Virus record (IMG/VR): IMGVR_UViG_3300036832_000372
Coordinates: 1 to 54,572 of that record
From: a virus
Lineage: Duplodnaviria > Caudoviricetes
Length of the DNA stretch: 54,572 nucleotides
Direction: 5' to 3' (one strand)
Shown: piece by piece, positions 26,584-37,319 of the stretch
Layout: each line of letters begins with the position of its first letter
How positions within the stretch are numbered: the first letter of the stretch is position 1
Made by a program: the position numbers and the translations under genes
Notes under the pieces: model-generated
The model's input: only the letters and a program-made list of their open reading frames with translations
What the model was told of the DNA's origin: nothing
Database searches by the model: none

Positions 26584-29500
26584 TGAGGTACGCTCTCGCT
26601 CTCATATTAGTTCTGCTGACGTCGCTGGCGCACGCGCAGATCCCGCAGGCTGGGATCGACTTCACCCGCAACGCCTGCACCGACCGCGGTGCGCCGATCG
26701 ACTGCTCGCAGTACATCACCACGACGCGTGCGCTCGGCACCTTCTGCACCAGCGCCGCAGGCGTGATGACCTCTGTCGGCGTCAACACGGCGTGCATCAC
26801 CTCGGCCGGGCTCGAGGTGTGGGAAGGCAGGACTAACTACAATCTGCAGTCGAACACCTTCACCGACGCGGGCTGGACGAAGAGTTCGAGCACTGTGACC
26901 GCCGCCGCTGCGCTCGCGCCGGACGGCACGATGACGGCGACCAAGCTGACCGAGAACTCTCTCAACGCCGGGCACTACCTCCGTCGCGTGCCAGATACCG
27001 GCATCAATGCAGGCACCGCGGTCTTCAGTCTCTACCTCAAGGCGGCCGGACGGACTGCCGTAGGTCTGTTGGGATCACCACGTGGCATCGCCATCGATCT
27101 CACCACCTGCACGGCGCAGAGCATGGTGCCGCTCGGGACGGCGCTTCCGAATGGTGCTTATGGTGCGGCGTCACTGGCGAACGGCTGGTGCAGGCTGTGG
27201 TTTGCCGACACGACTGCCATTCAAGCCGGCGTTCTGATCGAGCTGATGACGGGGTTCGCTTCCGGCAACGCCAACTACCTCGGTGACGGCACCAGCGGCG
27301 TCTATGTCTGGCAGGTTGGAGCTCAGCTTGGTGCCTTCCCGACGCCGCCGATCACCACCACGACCGCGACGGTGACGCGACCAGCTGACGTCCACGTAGC
27401 CTCAGATCGGCTGGCGACGGTGCTTGCCAGCGCCACCGGGTCGGTGTCGTTCACCGTTAACGGGTCGCAGGCGGCCGTGGCAGCCACGCTGGTCGATGCC
27501 AACGGCACCGTGGTGCTCGGTAAGACCGCGGGCAATCTCGCCACCACCGGGCTCGGCGCGACGCTGAGCACGGCCAACACCGCGACGTGGACGGCGATCA
27601 ACGATGCCGGCCTCGCCTGGGATGCGGCTGGCGGGATCGCCCAGCTCAACGGCGGGACGGTAGCCACCGATGCGGTGGCTCGCACCCCGGCAGGTCCGTT
27701 CCGCATCGGCTCGACCGGCGGCACTGCCGCATTCTGGAACGGCAACATCACGCGGTTGTCCGCATTCTCCTCGAAGCTTGCGACACCCGGTCGCATCCTC
27801 GATCTGGCGCCGATCCAGATCGCGGCGGTGCCGTCTCTCACTCCGCAGCAGGTTACACTGTCATGGCCGTCGACCTACGGAGAGGTCGTGAGCGTCGACC
27901 GCTGGCAGGACAGCGGCACCCCGACCTCGATCGGCACCAGCGGCACCGGAGGCTTCACCGACAGCGCTGTGCCGGCGGTGAACACGGTCTATTCATATCG
28001 CATCTCGCGAGCGGTGCGCGGCGCCTCGGTGTCTGCGACGGCCCTGGCGGCGATCTCCGACATGACCAAGCCGTTCGTGTGCCCGCTGATCCCAGACGTT
28101 GCGGCGAACCTTCTCGGCGTCGATCGCACCGAGAGCTTCAACGCGCCAGACGGAACGACGGTGGCGTTCACCATTCGAGCTCCGATCGCTGCCAACATGA
28201 CGACTGTCAGCGTGCCTCAGTGTACCACCTGCACGCCGGGAGTGTCAGATGACCGCGCCAACATCATGGCGCAGGTGGCAAGCGGAAAGAAGGTCCAGCT
28301 CTCCGCTGGGGATTACATCATCGATCCCGGCACCAACGCGTATGGCCTGCTCGGTCTCAGCCTGACCGACTTCGCGCTGGTGGGAGCTGGCCGCAGCGGA
28401 GGAGTGCCACTCACTCGTCTTCATCTTAAGCGTGGCACTGGCACTGCTTTACCCAAGGGCATTCAGTTTGGTGGCAATCGCATCCTGCTCAAGGACTTCT
28501 CGATCGACTGGGATATTCTCTGCGACAGCGGTGGCACATGTCACGGCGGCAATGCGATCCCTGGGACCATCTCCACAATTGACTCTGTAACTCAGCGCTT
28601 CACCGTGCAAAATCCATCTTACTACGTCCCTGACCCGACCAAGCCGCCAGATCTGCGAGCTGTCAACAACTATCTGCTGACGAACCGAGCTTGGGACTTG
28701 CGTCAGGGTGGCAGAGTTGGTTTTGACGGAACGTTCAATCCGAACTTTGCCGTCGATGGGCTCTATTATTACACGCTTGCAGGCTCGAGAGGATACTACG
28801 CAGATGGTGGCGGAGCCGTAGGTTTTGTTCGCACCTCGGTAGGTATTCAGCTCGGCGCTGGAGGCAGTGACTACTCGGTTGAGGGCGTCTCGATATTCGG
28901 TGGCGGCGGTCCCGGTATCATCATCGGCTCTGACGGCATCGGATTTCGATTGAGCAACTTCCAGATCACGCGTAAGCCAGACGCGCTGCTAGTCTCTGGC
29001 GAGCAGCCGCGCCTTGCCTCGGTGTTCGGCGACAGCGACGCCAACTCTACGCAGGGCTCGATCTTGATCGAGAACTCTGAGTTTGGCTGGGTTGGCGACG
29101 ACTGGTTCTACAATCGTGGAGCTGCGATCGCGCTCCAGACCCTGACCAGCACCTCGAGCTTTACCCTGACGACCACTGGCGGCAATCCGGGGAGCGGCAT
29201 CGCTGGCCACAACCTCACAGGCGATGCCTTGCAGTTCGTCGACCCGAACACCTTGGCGATCATCGGTGGGGTGACGGTGCCTGCGACGTGGGACCCGCAG
29301 CGTGACAACGGTGACGGCACGTGGTCGCGTACCGCTCACTTCCCTGCCATACCAGGTCTATCTCCTTACATCGGGCTGCCGGCAGTTCAGCTTCCGATCG
29401 TCTACGAGATGCCCTACTCCGGCCCTAACCTGATCGTGCGCAACTCGTGCTTTCACGACGGTCCCAGTCGATTGCTTTTAAAGTCGCAAAACTTCCTGAT

Positions 29501-30137
29501 CGATGGCAACACGTTCGGCAATGGCTACTATTCCATGATCGAGCTGAGCAGCGATCCTGAGATGCTCAAGGAAGGTCCCAACCCTTCCAACGGCATCATC
29601 CGCAACAACAAGATGTTTGGCAACGGCGGCGGTGATCTCAACGCGATCACTGGCACGTCCGCCGGTTACTACCACAGCCAGGGTCTCGGCGGCGGCATCG
29701 TGGTGTACGGCATCGGCGGCTATAATCAGAACAAGGGCTTCATTCCAGGTGCCGTCAACAACGCGGTGAGCGCGCCATACAAGAACATCTGGATCACCGA
29801 CAATCTCATATCATTCACTCAGGGCGTCGGCATGTCGGTGAACGGCGTCGGCAACGGCCTCATCGCCAGGAACACCATCGTCAACGCCAACACTCAACCA
29901 TTCACCGCTGGCTTCGGAGCCACCTACTGCGGCGCTGCTTCGCAGGGCTACCAGTCTGCGGGGTCGAACCAGCCATGGTGTCTGCCCAAGGTGGCGGGGC
30001 AGGGATCGCTGATGACCACGTGGTCGAGCGATGTTGTGATCTCCGGCAACCGGTTCCTCGGCACCAGCATTGGCGGCATCTTCGTCGCGCCTAACAACAC
30101 GCCGTGGCCGCGCGGCATACTGACGATGCTCCACTGA
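26583..30137 (+). CDS. Signal peptide + spike/lectin-like N-region + FN3-like domain + GH110-like right-handed beta-helix
   Basis: MRYALALILVLLTSLAHA|Q; TRA..GLEVWEGRTN; FTDSAVPAVNTVYSYRI; IENSEFGWVGDDWFYNRG and RLLLKSQNFLIDGNTF resemble GH110 motifs. Confidence 0.7.
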   Translation: MRYALALILVLLTSLAHAQIPQAGIDFTRNACTDRGAPIDCSQYITTTRALGTFCTSAAGVMTSVGVNTACITSAGLEVWEGRTNYNLQSNTFTDAGWTKSSSTVTAAAALAPDGTMTATKLTENSLNAGHYLRRVPDTGINAGTAVFSLYLKAAGRTAVGLLGSPRGIAIDLTTCTAQSMVPLGTALPNGAYGAASLANGWCRLWFADTTAIQAGVLIELMTGFASGNANYLGDGTSGVYVWQVGAQLGAFPTPPITTTTATVTRPADVHVASDRLATVLASATGSVSFTVNGSQAAVAATLVDANGTVVLGKTAGNLATTGLGATLSTANTATWTAINDAGLAWDAAGGIAQLNGGTVATDAVARTPAGPFRIGSTGGTAAFWNGNITRLSAFSSKLATPGRILDLAPIQIAAVPSLTPQQVTLSWPSTYGEVVSVDRWQDSGTPTSIGTSGTGGFTDSAVPAVNTVYSYRISRAVRGASVSATALAAISDMTKPFVCPLIPDVAANLLGVDRTESFNAPDGTTVAFTIRAPIAANMTTVSVPQCTTCTPGVSDDRANIMAQVASGKKVQLSAGDYIIDPGTNAYGLLGLSLTDFALVGAGRSGGVPLTRLHLKRGTGTALPKGIQFGGNRILLKDFSIDWDILCDSGGTCHGGNAIPGTISTIDSVTQRFTVQNPSYYVPDPTKPPDLRAVNNYLLTNRAWDLRQGGRVGFDGTFNPNFAVDGLYYYTLAGSRGYYADGGGAVGFVRTSVGIQLGAGGSDYSVEGVSIFGGGGPGIIIGSDGIGFRLSNFQITRKPDALLVSGEQPRLASVFGDSDANSTQGSILIENSEFGWVGDDWFYNRGAAIALQTLTSTSSFTLTTTGGNPGSGIAGHNLTGDALQFVDPNTLAIIGGVTVPATWDPQRDNGDGTWSRTAHFPAIPGLSPYIGLPAVQLPIVYEMPYSGPNLIVRNSCFHDGPSRLLLKSQNFLIDGNTFGNGYYSMIELSSDPEMLKEGPNPSNGIIRNNKMFGNGGGDLNAITGTSAGYYHSQGLGGGIVVYGIGGYNQNKGFIPGAVNNAVSAPYKNIWITDNLISFTQGVGMSVNGVGNGLIARNTIVNANTQPFTAGFGATYCGAASQGYQSAGSNQPWCLPKVAGQGSLMTTWSSDVVISGNRFLGTSIGGIFVAPNNTPWPRGILTMLH

Positions 30138-30138
30138 T

Positions 30139-32652
30139 ATGCTTGGACTAGGTGATGTCAAAGTCATTGGCCTCACGCGGAGGCCTCTCGGCGGAGCATT
30201 CTGGACCTCAGTAACTACGACTAGCCTCACCGTCGGGTCTCCTGTCATCGGAGCTCCTACCTACGCTCAGCCTCTCAATAACTTAGTGCCGTCGGTTGAC
30301 TACTCCTCAGTCACTGCCGGCTCTCCCTACGCGCTGGTCGATGACAGCGGCCTCATCTGGGCGATAGACTCCTCGGGCAACGTCTACCTCAACGGTGTGC
30401 TCTGGTCGATCAGTGCTACCGCCACATTGATCGAGAAGATCGGCAGTACCGCATGGGTGAGCGGCTCCTTCCCCGGTGGCTACCCGTGGGCCTACTACAG
30501 CGCTGGCGTCTTCATCTACTCAGCGACAGGACCTAATGAGCCTCTGCCAGATCCTACGCAGATAGCGTCAGGTCAACCGGTCGTCGGTTCTCCTCAGCTC
30601 AGGTTCGTTCAGCATCTCTCTAGTCCTGTCGATCTAGTCGTAGGATCGCCGGTCTTCGGAGCTCCTCAGGGACCGTCGCCGTTAGGCTCTGCGATCTACG
30701 CTCCTACCGGCGGCACCATCGTAGTCCCTGGGGCCATCTGGACGTTTGGTTCCTACCCTGCAGGTGACACTAACAATAGGTACGTCCTCCGCAACGGAGC
30801 CTACCCTAACGGCAAGCAGCTCGCCGCCTACCAGCTGGAGATCGACACCTCAGGCGTAGTGTGGGTGCAAGCCTACAACGGCCAGTGGTACTACTGGAGC
30901 GGAACTGACTGGGTGCCGTCGCCGGCCGCTCCTAAGCTCGTGGTTAGCGCTTCAGGTCTCACAGTCGGCAGACCAGCCATAAGTTTGCCGACTACGACGG
31001 TGTACAACGTCTACGGTTTCACCGTAGGCAGGCCGGACATCGGGGCACCGAGCTTCATCGGCATCACCGCCATGCCGGATCCGGTGGGGATCCAGCTTGG
31101 TCCGTCGTCGATCCTGGTGGCGCGGCCCGTCATCAACGAGGTGTGTAGGCTCAAGGCAGAGAACCTGGTGGTGTTCTCTCCGGCTATTGACAGCCTCAGG
31201 CTGGCAGTAGCTCTAGATAATAACGAGATCGGCACCACCGACCCGATCATCCGGCCGCTGGATCAGCACACAGGGTCGGAGCTGATCTACCGATCGGCGT
31301 CTGGTCTCGAGAAGGCGATGGCCGACGTCGACGGCTTCAGGCTCACGGCCACTTACGCTGAGTTGATCAAGGATCAGTGGGACCCGTACGCGATCAGCTA
31401 CCACAACTTACCCTTCCTGGCCTTCGCTATGGGCGTCAATCTGTGGGAGGCTGACTGGGACGAGAGCTTCAGGCGATGGTGGGTGGCGAACCAGTGGACG
31501 CTGCAGTCGATGCGCGGGAGCCTCTGGGGCATCACTCAGTTCGTTCAGGCCGTCGGAGGCAAGGTCAGGCACGCCATCGTGCCGCCGGCTAAGTTCTTCC
31601 CCGGGAAGAGTTACACTGACGCGGAGAAGCAAGCTTATGTCGCTAGGTTCCCTCAGCTCAGGCTCTACCCGTACGTCGCTAGAATCCAGCTGCCGTACCT
31701 ATGCTTCTGTTCGAAGTTCATCGTCGGAGTGCCTCCTGATGCTGAGAGAGTATTCAACAAGAACGGATGCTTCATCGGACCGTCGCAGAAGTTCTACCCG
31801 ACCTCGAGTGACGCCGGTGGTCGCTACACACGGAGCGCGGTCCTCTATGATCCGAAGACAGGTGTCGAGACTCCACTGACGTTCCGCGAGATCACTACCG
31901 TGGGTCTCGACGGGAAGACTCAGACAGTCCAGGAGATCGTCACGCCGTCGCGCAGCTCGACCAGGTACTACGTGGGGCAGGAGAACCACTGGCCGCTGCC
32001 AGCTGATCACCCGCCGCGGCCGGCTCAGAACAAGCACTCGATTTTCTTGGGAGCCTATGACCAGGTAGCGTCGCGCATCATTAAGATCGTGGTCCCGAGC
32101 GACCCGACCATCAGTTACGCTAAGGCGACCTACCAGACGATATCGTTCGGCGATGAGAGCCTGGTGTCGCTGTACCCCGACGAGGTCTCTAAGACTCACT
32201 ACTGGCCGAAGAACTCTCTGGCTAACGGCGCTCCCAAGGGGAACATCTATCTTCGCGGCTTCACCTCGAAGTCTTACCTGACCCTGTCGCGAGCCTGGCA
32301 GTATCGATACGAGGTCTGGTACGTGTTCGATCCGACTCGCGTCCCTGACTATCGCAAGGCCAGCGTCTACATGGGTCACGCTCAGTTCGGTCAGCACAAG
32401 TACACGGCCAAGATCAAGATCGACGTCGGCGAGAAGTGGCGACCGTGGTGGTTCCCGCAGCATCGGTACCTGAGAGGGTTCTGGCACCCCTCCGACTTGC
32501 GAAGGATCAACGCAGTTCGTCGTGCTGTCACCGCTTCGATGGCAGTCCGTGACACCGTCGGCATTGACACGTTGATCAAGCGCGTCATCAATACCAACGA
32601 TAGTCTGCCAGTGAATGGTAAGTTCACGGTAGGCGAATTCATCGACGCTTAA
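30139..32652 (+). CDS. Baseplate/tail protein I (P2 gpI domain) with long N- and C-terminal extensions
   Basis: WDPYAISYHNLPFLAFAMGVNLWEADWDESFRR..MRGSLWGI. Confidence 0.82.
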   Translation: MLGLGDVKVIGLTRRPLGGAFWTSVTTTSLTVGSPVIGAPTYAQPLNNLVPSVDYSSVTAGSPYALVDDSGLIWAIDSSGNVYLNGVLWSISATATLIEKIGSTAWVSGSFPGGYPWAYYSAGVFIYSATGPNEPLPDPTQIASGQPVVGSPQLRFVQHLSSPVDLVVGSPVFGAPQGPSPLGSAIYAPTGGTIVVPGAIWTFGSYPAGDTNNRYVLRNGAYPNGKQLAAYQLEIDTSGVVWVQAYNGQWYYWSGTDWVPSPAAPKLVVSASGLTVGRPAISLPTTTVYNVYGFTVGRPDIGAPSFIGITAMPDPVGIQLGPSSILVARPVINEVCRLKAENLVVFSPAIDSLRLAVALDNNEIGTTDPIIRPLDQHTGSELIYRSASGLEKAMADVDGFRLTATYAELIKDQWDPYAISYHNLPFLAFAMGVNLWEADWDESFRRWWVANQWTLQSMRGSLWGITQFVQAVGGKVRHAIVPPAKFFPGKSYTDAEKQAYVARFPQLRLYPYVARIQLPYLCFCSKFIVGVPPDAERVFNKNGCFIGPSQKFYPTSSDAGGRYTRSAVLYDPKTGVETPLTFREITTVGLDGKTQTVQEIVTPSRSSTRYYVGQENHWPLPADHPPRPAQNKHSIFLGAYDQVASRIIKIVVPSDPTISYAKATYQTISFGDESLVSLYPDEVSKTHYWPKNSLANGAPKGNIYLRGFTSKSYLTLSRAWQYRYEVWYVFDPTRVPDYRKASVYMGHAQFGQHKYTAKIKIDVGEKWRPWWFPQHRYLRGFWHPSDLRRINAVRRAVTASMAVRDTVGIDTLIKRVINTNDSLPVNGKFTVGEFIDA

Positions 32653-32665
32653 CGAAGGGAAACCT

Positions 32666-35137
32666 GTGATGGGCGAGAACGCTGTCATCTTTCGTGACAA
32701 CCAAGAGGTTCAGGCTCAGGATTTCAATAATCTTCAGGACTGGCTTGGTCAGTCGCTCGATCACGTCGTCGAAGACGCGATCGAGCCGAACATGTCTTAC
32801 ACCGGGTTCGCGATCTCGAAGTCAGCTCCCACGCAGGTCTCGGTGCAGCCTGGTCGCCTCTACTCGAAGGGTCAAGTCTACGCCAGGACCGACACAGCGA
32901 CGCTTGACTGCTTCAACGTGCTGCCAGTCACGCAGAAGAAGCAGATCGCCGTAGTGTGCTGGGGGACGACTCTCACTCAGAATACTCAGCCGCGCGACTT
33001 CATCATCGACGCTGACACTGGGGAGGCTCAGCCTCAGGCCGTCGATATGACGACGACGCGATACTGCAATGTCGATATCGTGCCTGGTGTCGAGAGCGCA
33101 TCTCCGCAGTACCCTACGATCGACGCCTCTGATCTCTTGATCGGCTACATCCTGTGCGACCCCACTGGCGTCGTGTCGTTCCAGCAGTCGACGGCTGGTC
33201 AGCTCGACAACATCTCCGACTTGTCGAACAAGATCATCTCACTCCAGAACTGGGCTGGCATCGTCAACGGCCAGATCGCTACGCTGGTGTCAGCGCTGTC
33301 GGCTCTCGCCGCTCAGCTCTCTAACTACACGCTGCTGACGGACTTCCAGAAGCTCGTCACGCTGGTCAACCAGATCTGGGACCTGATCCACCAGCCGCCA
33401 GCTTACATCTGGTACGGCACTGACAACTTCCTCGACGAGTCACTGTCGTTCACCACTGGTAACGTCGATGGAGCTTACTCCGCGAGGATCGAGGAGGGTC
33501 TGCGGTTCCCTGGAGGCACCGGGGTCCAGACGAGCACCCTCAGTCTCTTCAACCCTCAGGACCCCGGCGCCGCCAAGGCTGCAGACGGCTTCACCCTGCC
33601 GACCCCATCGGGAGCTCGGGTGCGGCTCGACTGCTCGTTCCCAGACTACCCGTGGATCGAGGAGAGGCTCCTTCAGTACGTCTACACTAGCTTCACCTTG
33701 CGACACCTGTACCCGTCGCGTCACCGCTTTCGGTGCGGCCCTCTGTGGCCAGTGTGCCCGCCCGCTCAGGTGTGGTGGTACCAGGCTCAGCTCGACCCGA
33801 CGACTCGCATCCTGTCGCTCCTCACCGAGACGTGGGAGCTCAAGCAGTGGGCTCAGATCGCCCAGCATCCAGAGAACAACTGCGACTGGCCGCAGCACAA
33901 GTTCCGTCGCTGGCGGTTCTTCTGGCGCGACTTCGTCGATGTGATGTATTGGTCTAAGCGGTTCGACAACTTCGACCACACTGGCCCGCACATCGCTCAG
34001 ACCTTCCTCAACGCTCAGGACGGCTGGCTCTCTGGCGTGACCTGCTTCATGATGGCTCCCAACGCAGTACCTCTCACGGTGATCGTCGCTGGTACGACCG
34101 ACCAGGGTGAGCCCGACCACCTCAACCAGACGATCAGGCAGGTCGTCATGCAGGGGCCCGATGTCACTGCATGCTTCGCCAACCCGATCCTCGTCGGAGA
34201 CATCTGGGCCCTGGGTGTCACTCCTCGAGGCACTATTCGTCGCTACCCCTTCCTGGTTCCAGTCTACGTGTTCCCGCTTCGGGTCAACTTTCCTCCAGTC
34301 TTCTTAGAGGCAGGGAAGCGATACTCGATATCTTTCTTGTCGCCGACAGGAGATCACCGATTCTCTATCTCTGACCGATGGGAGTGCCTCGGCATCCACC
34401 AGGGTGCCTACTGGGTCAACGGCTCTGGCGGCCTGTACCTGTGGCCGTCGCTGACGACCCCGAAGTCGCTCAGGTTCATGCTCCACTACGCTACGTGGGG
34501 TCAGTGGCAAGACAACACGAACGCCTCTGGAGGCGGTGTTCACATGGAGATCCAGCTCCAACCGCTTCAGATGACGGGTGGGATTGGTGGCATCGACGTG
34601 CTCGCAGATACCATCGTCCCACCCGCTACTGACCTCAGCTACCAGATCCAAGTCAACGGCCAGTGGTACCCGTTCGAGGAAGAGATATCCCCCACTATCC
34701 CTTCTCCACTCGCGTCCCTACCGCCTCTGGTGCCATTCAAGGCCGTATTCACCGGCACGACTGACGTGATGCCGGGAATAAATCTCGCTCAGCAGAGTCA
34801 GGTGCAGCTGACTGGCGGTCAGGCTAGCAGCTTTCACCACATCTCGCAGCCGATCACTCTCGGATCAGCTTGCACTCACGTCAAGGTGATCGCCAAGATC
34901 CTCGACTTCGACTCTAACCACCACTCCTGCAAGTGCTCGATCCACTTCGGCACCACTCACGACATACTACCCACTGTCACTGACGTCACCAACGAGGACG
35001 GCTCGCTCGACAGGTCGTGGGTCTTCACCGACTCGATTGCCTCAGGGGGTCAGTTCTATGTCGAGATCGACGGCACCACCGACAATGCGGTCCCTGGACG
35101 CTTCACCGTCGCTCAGCAAATCACCTACGCCAGCTAG
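32666..35137 (+). CDS. Baseplate/tail fibre attachment structural protein
   Basis: Follows gpI; QDFNNLQ, VSVQPGRLY, ARIEEGLRFP, IAQTF. Confidence 0.7.
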   Translation: MMGENAVIFRDNQEVQAQDFNNLQDWLGQSLDHVVEDAIEPNMSYTGFAISKSAPTQVSVQPGRLYSKGQVYARTDTATLDCFNVLPVTQKKQIAVVCWGTTLTQNTQPRDFIIDADTGEAQPQAVDMTTTRYCNVDIVPGVESASPQYPTIDASDLLIGYILCDPTGVVSFQQSTAGQLDNISDLSNKIISLQNWAGIVNGQIATLVSALSALAAQLSNYTLLTDFQKLVTLVNQIWDLIHQPPAYIWYGTDNFLDESLSFTTGNVDGAYSARIEEGLRFPGGTGVQTSTLSLFNPQDPGAAKAADGFTLPTPSGARVRLDCSFPDYPWIEERLLQYVYTSFTLRHLYPSRHRFRCGPLWPVCPPAQVWWYQAQLDPTTRILSLLTETWELKQWAQIAQHPENNCDWPQHKFRRWRFFWRDFVDVMYWSKRFDNFDHTGPHIAQTFLNAQDGWLSGVTCFMMAPNAVPLTVIVAGTTDQGEPDHLNQTIRQVVMQGPDVTACFANPILVGDIWALGVTPRGTIRRYPFLVPVYVFPLRVNFPPVFLEAGKRYSISFLSPTGDHRFSISDRWECLGIHQGAYWVNGSGGLYLWPSLTTPKSLRFMLHYATWGQWQDNTNASGGGVHMEIQLQPLQMTGGIGGIDVLADTIVPPATDLSYQIQVNGQWYPFEEEISPTIPSPLASLPPLVPFKAVFTGTTDVMPGINLAQQSQVQLTGGQASSFHHISQPITLGSACTHVKVIAKILDFDSNHHSCKCSIHFGTTHDILPTVTDVTNEDGSLDRSWVFTDSIASGGQFYVEIDGTTDNAVPGRFTVAQQITYAS

Positions 35138-35148
35138 AGGAGAACTGA

Positions 35149-35343
35149 ATGTCGAATGGCAACGAGCCTGTCTACTGGAAGATCACCCCTAACTCCGCCT
35201 TCGTGTTCTCTTACACGGTGTACATGCCGTCAAAGACTTACTACGTCCCCGACGCGATCTACCAGGCAACGGATATCGGGGATGGATCGACGTTCGCCTC
35301 GCACTGCGCGTCGGCCGATCAAGTGATGGGTGTCCCAGGCTAG
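35149..35343 (+). CDS. Small tail-associated protein
   Basis: GAGGAG RBS; 64 aa. Confidence 0.65.
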   Translation: MSNGNEPVYWKITPNSAFVFSYTVYMPSKTYYVPDAIYQATDIGDGSTFASHCASADQVMGVPG

Positions 35344-35354
35344 GAGCTGACCCG

Positions 35355-36641
35355 ATGTCGGGCGACGTCATAGCGATGAAGGATCTCCAGGTGCCGCCAG
35401 CCGGCGCCGTGATGGACTATCTGTTCTTCAACAAGCGCTTCCTCGTCATCTCCAACTCGATCAACGGTCTGGCCGCTCGTCAGGACGAGTATGACGTGGT
35501 CGTCGATACGCTGGTGCAGACTGGCCTCGATCGCATCAACCTGGTCCTGGGGCCGTTCCTCACCGAGCTGCAGGCGGCCTCTGATCTCGGCTTCCTGATC
35601 GTCGAGGCCTGGGGCGGAACTCCGGTTCAGCTCTCCCTCAACGCGGACATCCAGTTCCAGGTCACCTCTCCCGGTCAGCAGGTGTTCACGCCGACGCCGT
35701 ACCTCCTGGCGCTCGACGAGCTTGACTCTACCAACTGGGGCATCCTGTCGTTCACATCGTGGAACCCGGACAACGGCCAGCTCGTAGGGCACGTCATCTA
35801 CGCCACCAAGACGCAGAACTCAGACAAGTGGTCGATCTCCTGCAACTCGGCTCTCCCTGCCGCGATGATGGATCTGCTGACGCAGGCGCAGGCGGCAGCT
35901 GCCACAGCGACGTCAGAGGCGTCTACTATCCAGGCTCTTGTCACTCAGGTGCAGCAGCTGATCCAGATCGTCCAGTCTGGTCCGGTGATATCGGTGTGCG
36001 GCAAGACCGGAGCTGTCAGCTTGGTGCCCGCGGACATCACCGGCCTCGTCACCACTCTCAACGGCTACGCCACGACGGGAGCACTCACCACCGGCCTCGC
36101 CGGCAAGCAGAATAGCAGCGCTCTCCTCACCGCATTTGCGGCGCTGACAAGCGCAGCTGACAAGCTTCCCTACTTCACCGGCGTGGGGGCGATGACGGTG
36201 GCGACGCTCACCGCCTTCGCGAGGACTCTCTTGGCCGTCGCCGACGCCGCGACAGCTCGCACGACTCTCGGTCTCGGTGATGTCGCTACCCACTCCGCGT
36301 CGGAGTTCATGCTAGCGAGCGCCTCAGTCCCCTCGAGCTCGATAGCTCCGGTATTCGACGACCAGACGGTGACGAGCTACTCCATGGGGAGCAGCGACTG
36401 GGGCCGCGTGGTGACGCTCACCAACGCTAGCCCGATCACCGTCACGCTGAGCAGCACCATCGCTAAGGGGTGGAACGCGATCGTCTACCAGGGAGGCGCA
36501 GGTCAGGTCACATTCGTCGCTGGCGCAGGCGTCACTCTGCACAACCGTCAGGGTCAGACGAAGACTGCTGGTCAGTACGCGATGGTGAGCCTGATGGCCG
36601 TAGCCAACGCGGTCGTCGCTCTCGGCGGCGACACCGCGTGA
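35355..36641 (+). CDS. Tail fibre protein
   Basis: VISVCGKTGAVSL, ADKLPYFTG, LTAFARTLL..AATARTTLGL and QGGAGQVT fibre motifs. Confidence 0.85.
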   Translation: MSGDVIAMKDLQVPPAGAVMDYLFFNKRFLVISNSINGLAARQDEYDVVVDTLVQTGLDRINLVLGPFLTELQAASDLGFLIVEAWGGTPVQLSLNADIQFQVTSPGQQVFTPTPYLLALDELDSTNWGILSFTSWNPDNGQLVGHVIYATKTQNSDKWSISCNSALPAAMMDLLTQAQAAAATATSEASTIQALVTQVQQLIQIVQSGPVISVCGKTGAVSLVPADITGLVTTLNGYATTGALTTGLAGKQNSSALLTAFAALTSAADKLPYFTGVGAMTVATLTAFARTLLAVADAATARTTLGLGDVATHSASEFMLASASVPSSSIAPVFDDQTVTSYSMGSSDWGRVVTLTNASPITVTLSSTIAKGWNAIVYQGGAGQVTFVAGAGVTLHNRQGQTKTAGQYAMVSLMAVANAVVALGGDTA

Positions 36642-37312
36642 TCATCGTCCCGACGGCGCGAGGCTTCCTCGGCGGAGCCAAGTCGTGGGGGCCGCGCACC
36701 GCGCTCTCGGCGCGCAGCGGCAGCGGCTCCGTGGTGTTCTCCGGCCTCACTGTCCCGGCGGGAGCTCTAGTCGCGATCGGCGTCGCTGACCAGAGCGCGA
36801 CGTCGGTGATGGGCATCGTGTCAGACACGGCCGGAAACACCTGGGCTAGCACCGGGTGGACCGACAACAGCGCGGGCGGCTGCAGCATCTTCTGGTCTCG
36901 GATCACCAGTCCCCTGTCTGGTGGGACGATCACCGCGGCAGCGCACTCCGGGTCCACTACGCTCATGAGCGCCGGGGGCATGTGGGCCGCGGGCGCCGCG
37001 CCCTCGCCCTACGACGCGGCGGCCTACGCCACGGCCTCTAACTCGGGCACCGTCGCGCCGACGGTCACGTCCGGCGCGCCGAGCGGTCCGGGCGAGCTGT
37101 TCTTCGCGTTCTGGGCGGGACCGTCGAATGTGACGACGCCGACCTGCGACGCGGCGTGGGAGAGCGACGGCTCCGTCACCGGCACCGCGACGACTGTCTT
37201 GCCGCTCACGGCGGGGAGCCGCGTCAGCGTCGGGGCAGGCGCCGTCACCTTCACGCCGACCCTGAGCGCGATCAAGATAGGCCGCAGCAACATCGCCGCC
37301 TTCCACCTGTGA
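36638..37312 (+). CDS. Beta-sandwich fibre-tip/receptor-binding-like protein
   Basis: GTGA overlap start; VSDTAGNTW domain shared with 51622-52899. Confidence 0.65.
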   Translation: MIIVPTARGFLGGAKSWGPRTALSARSGSGSVVFSGLTVPAGALVAIGVADQSATSVMGIVSDTAGNTWASTGWTDNSAGGCSIFWSRITSPLSGGTITAAAHSGSTTLMSAGGMWAAGAAPSPYDAAAYATASNSGTVAPTVTSGAPSGPGELFFAFWAGPSNVTTPTCDAAWESDGSVTGTATTVLPLTAGSRVSVGAGAVTFTPTLSAIKIGRSNIAAFHL

Positions 37313-37319
37313 GGAACAG

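Noticed and set aside
20006-37312. Diversity-generating retroelement or invertible fibre cassette
   Set aside because: No reverse transcriptase or invertase, and no near-identical template/variable repeat pair or inverted fibre segments noticed.
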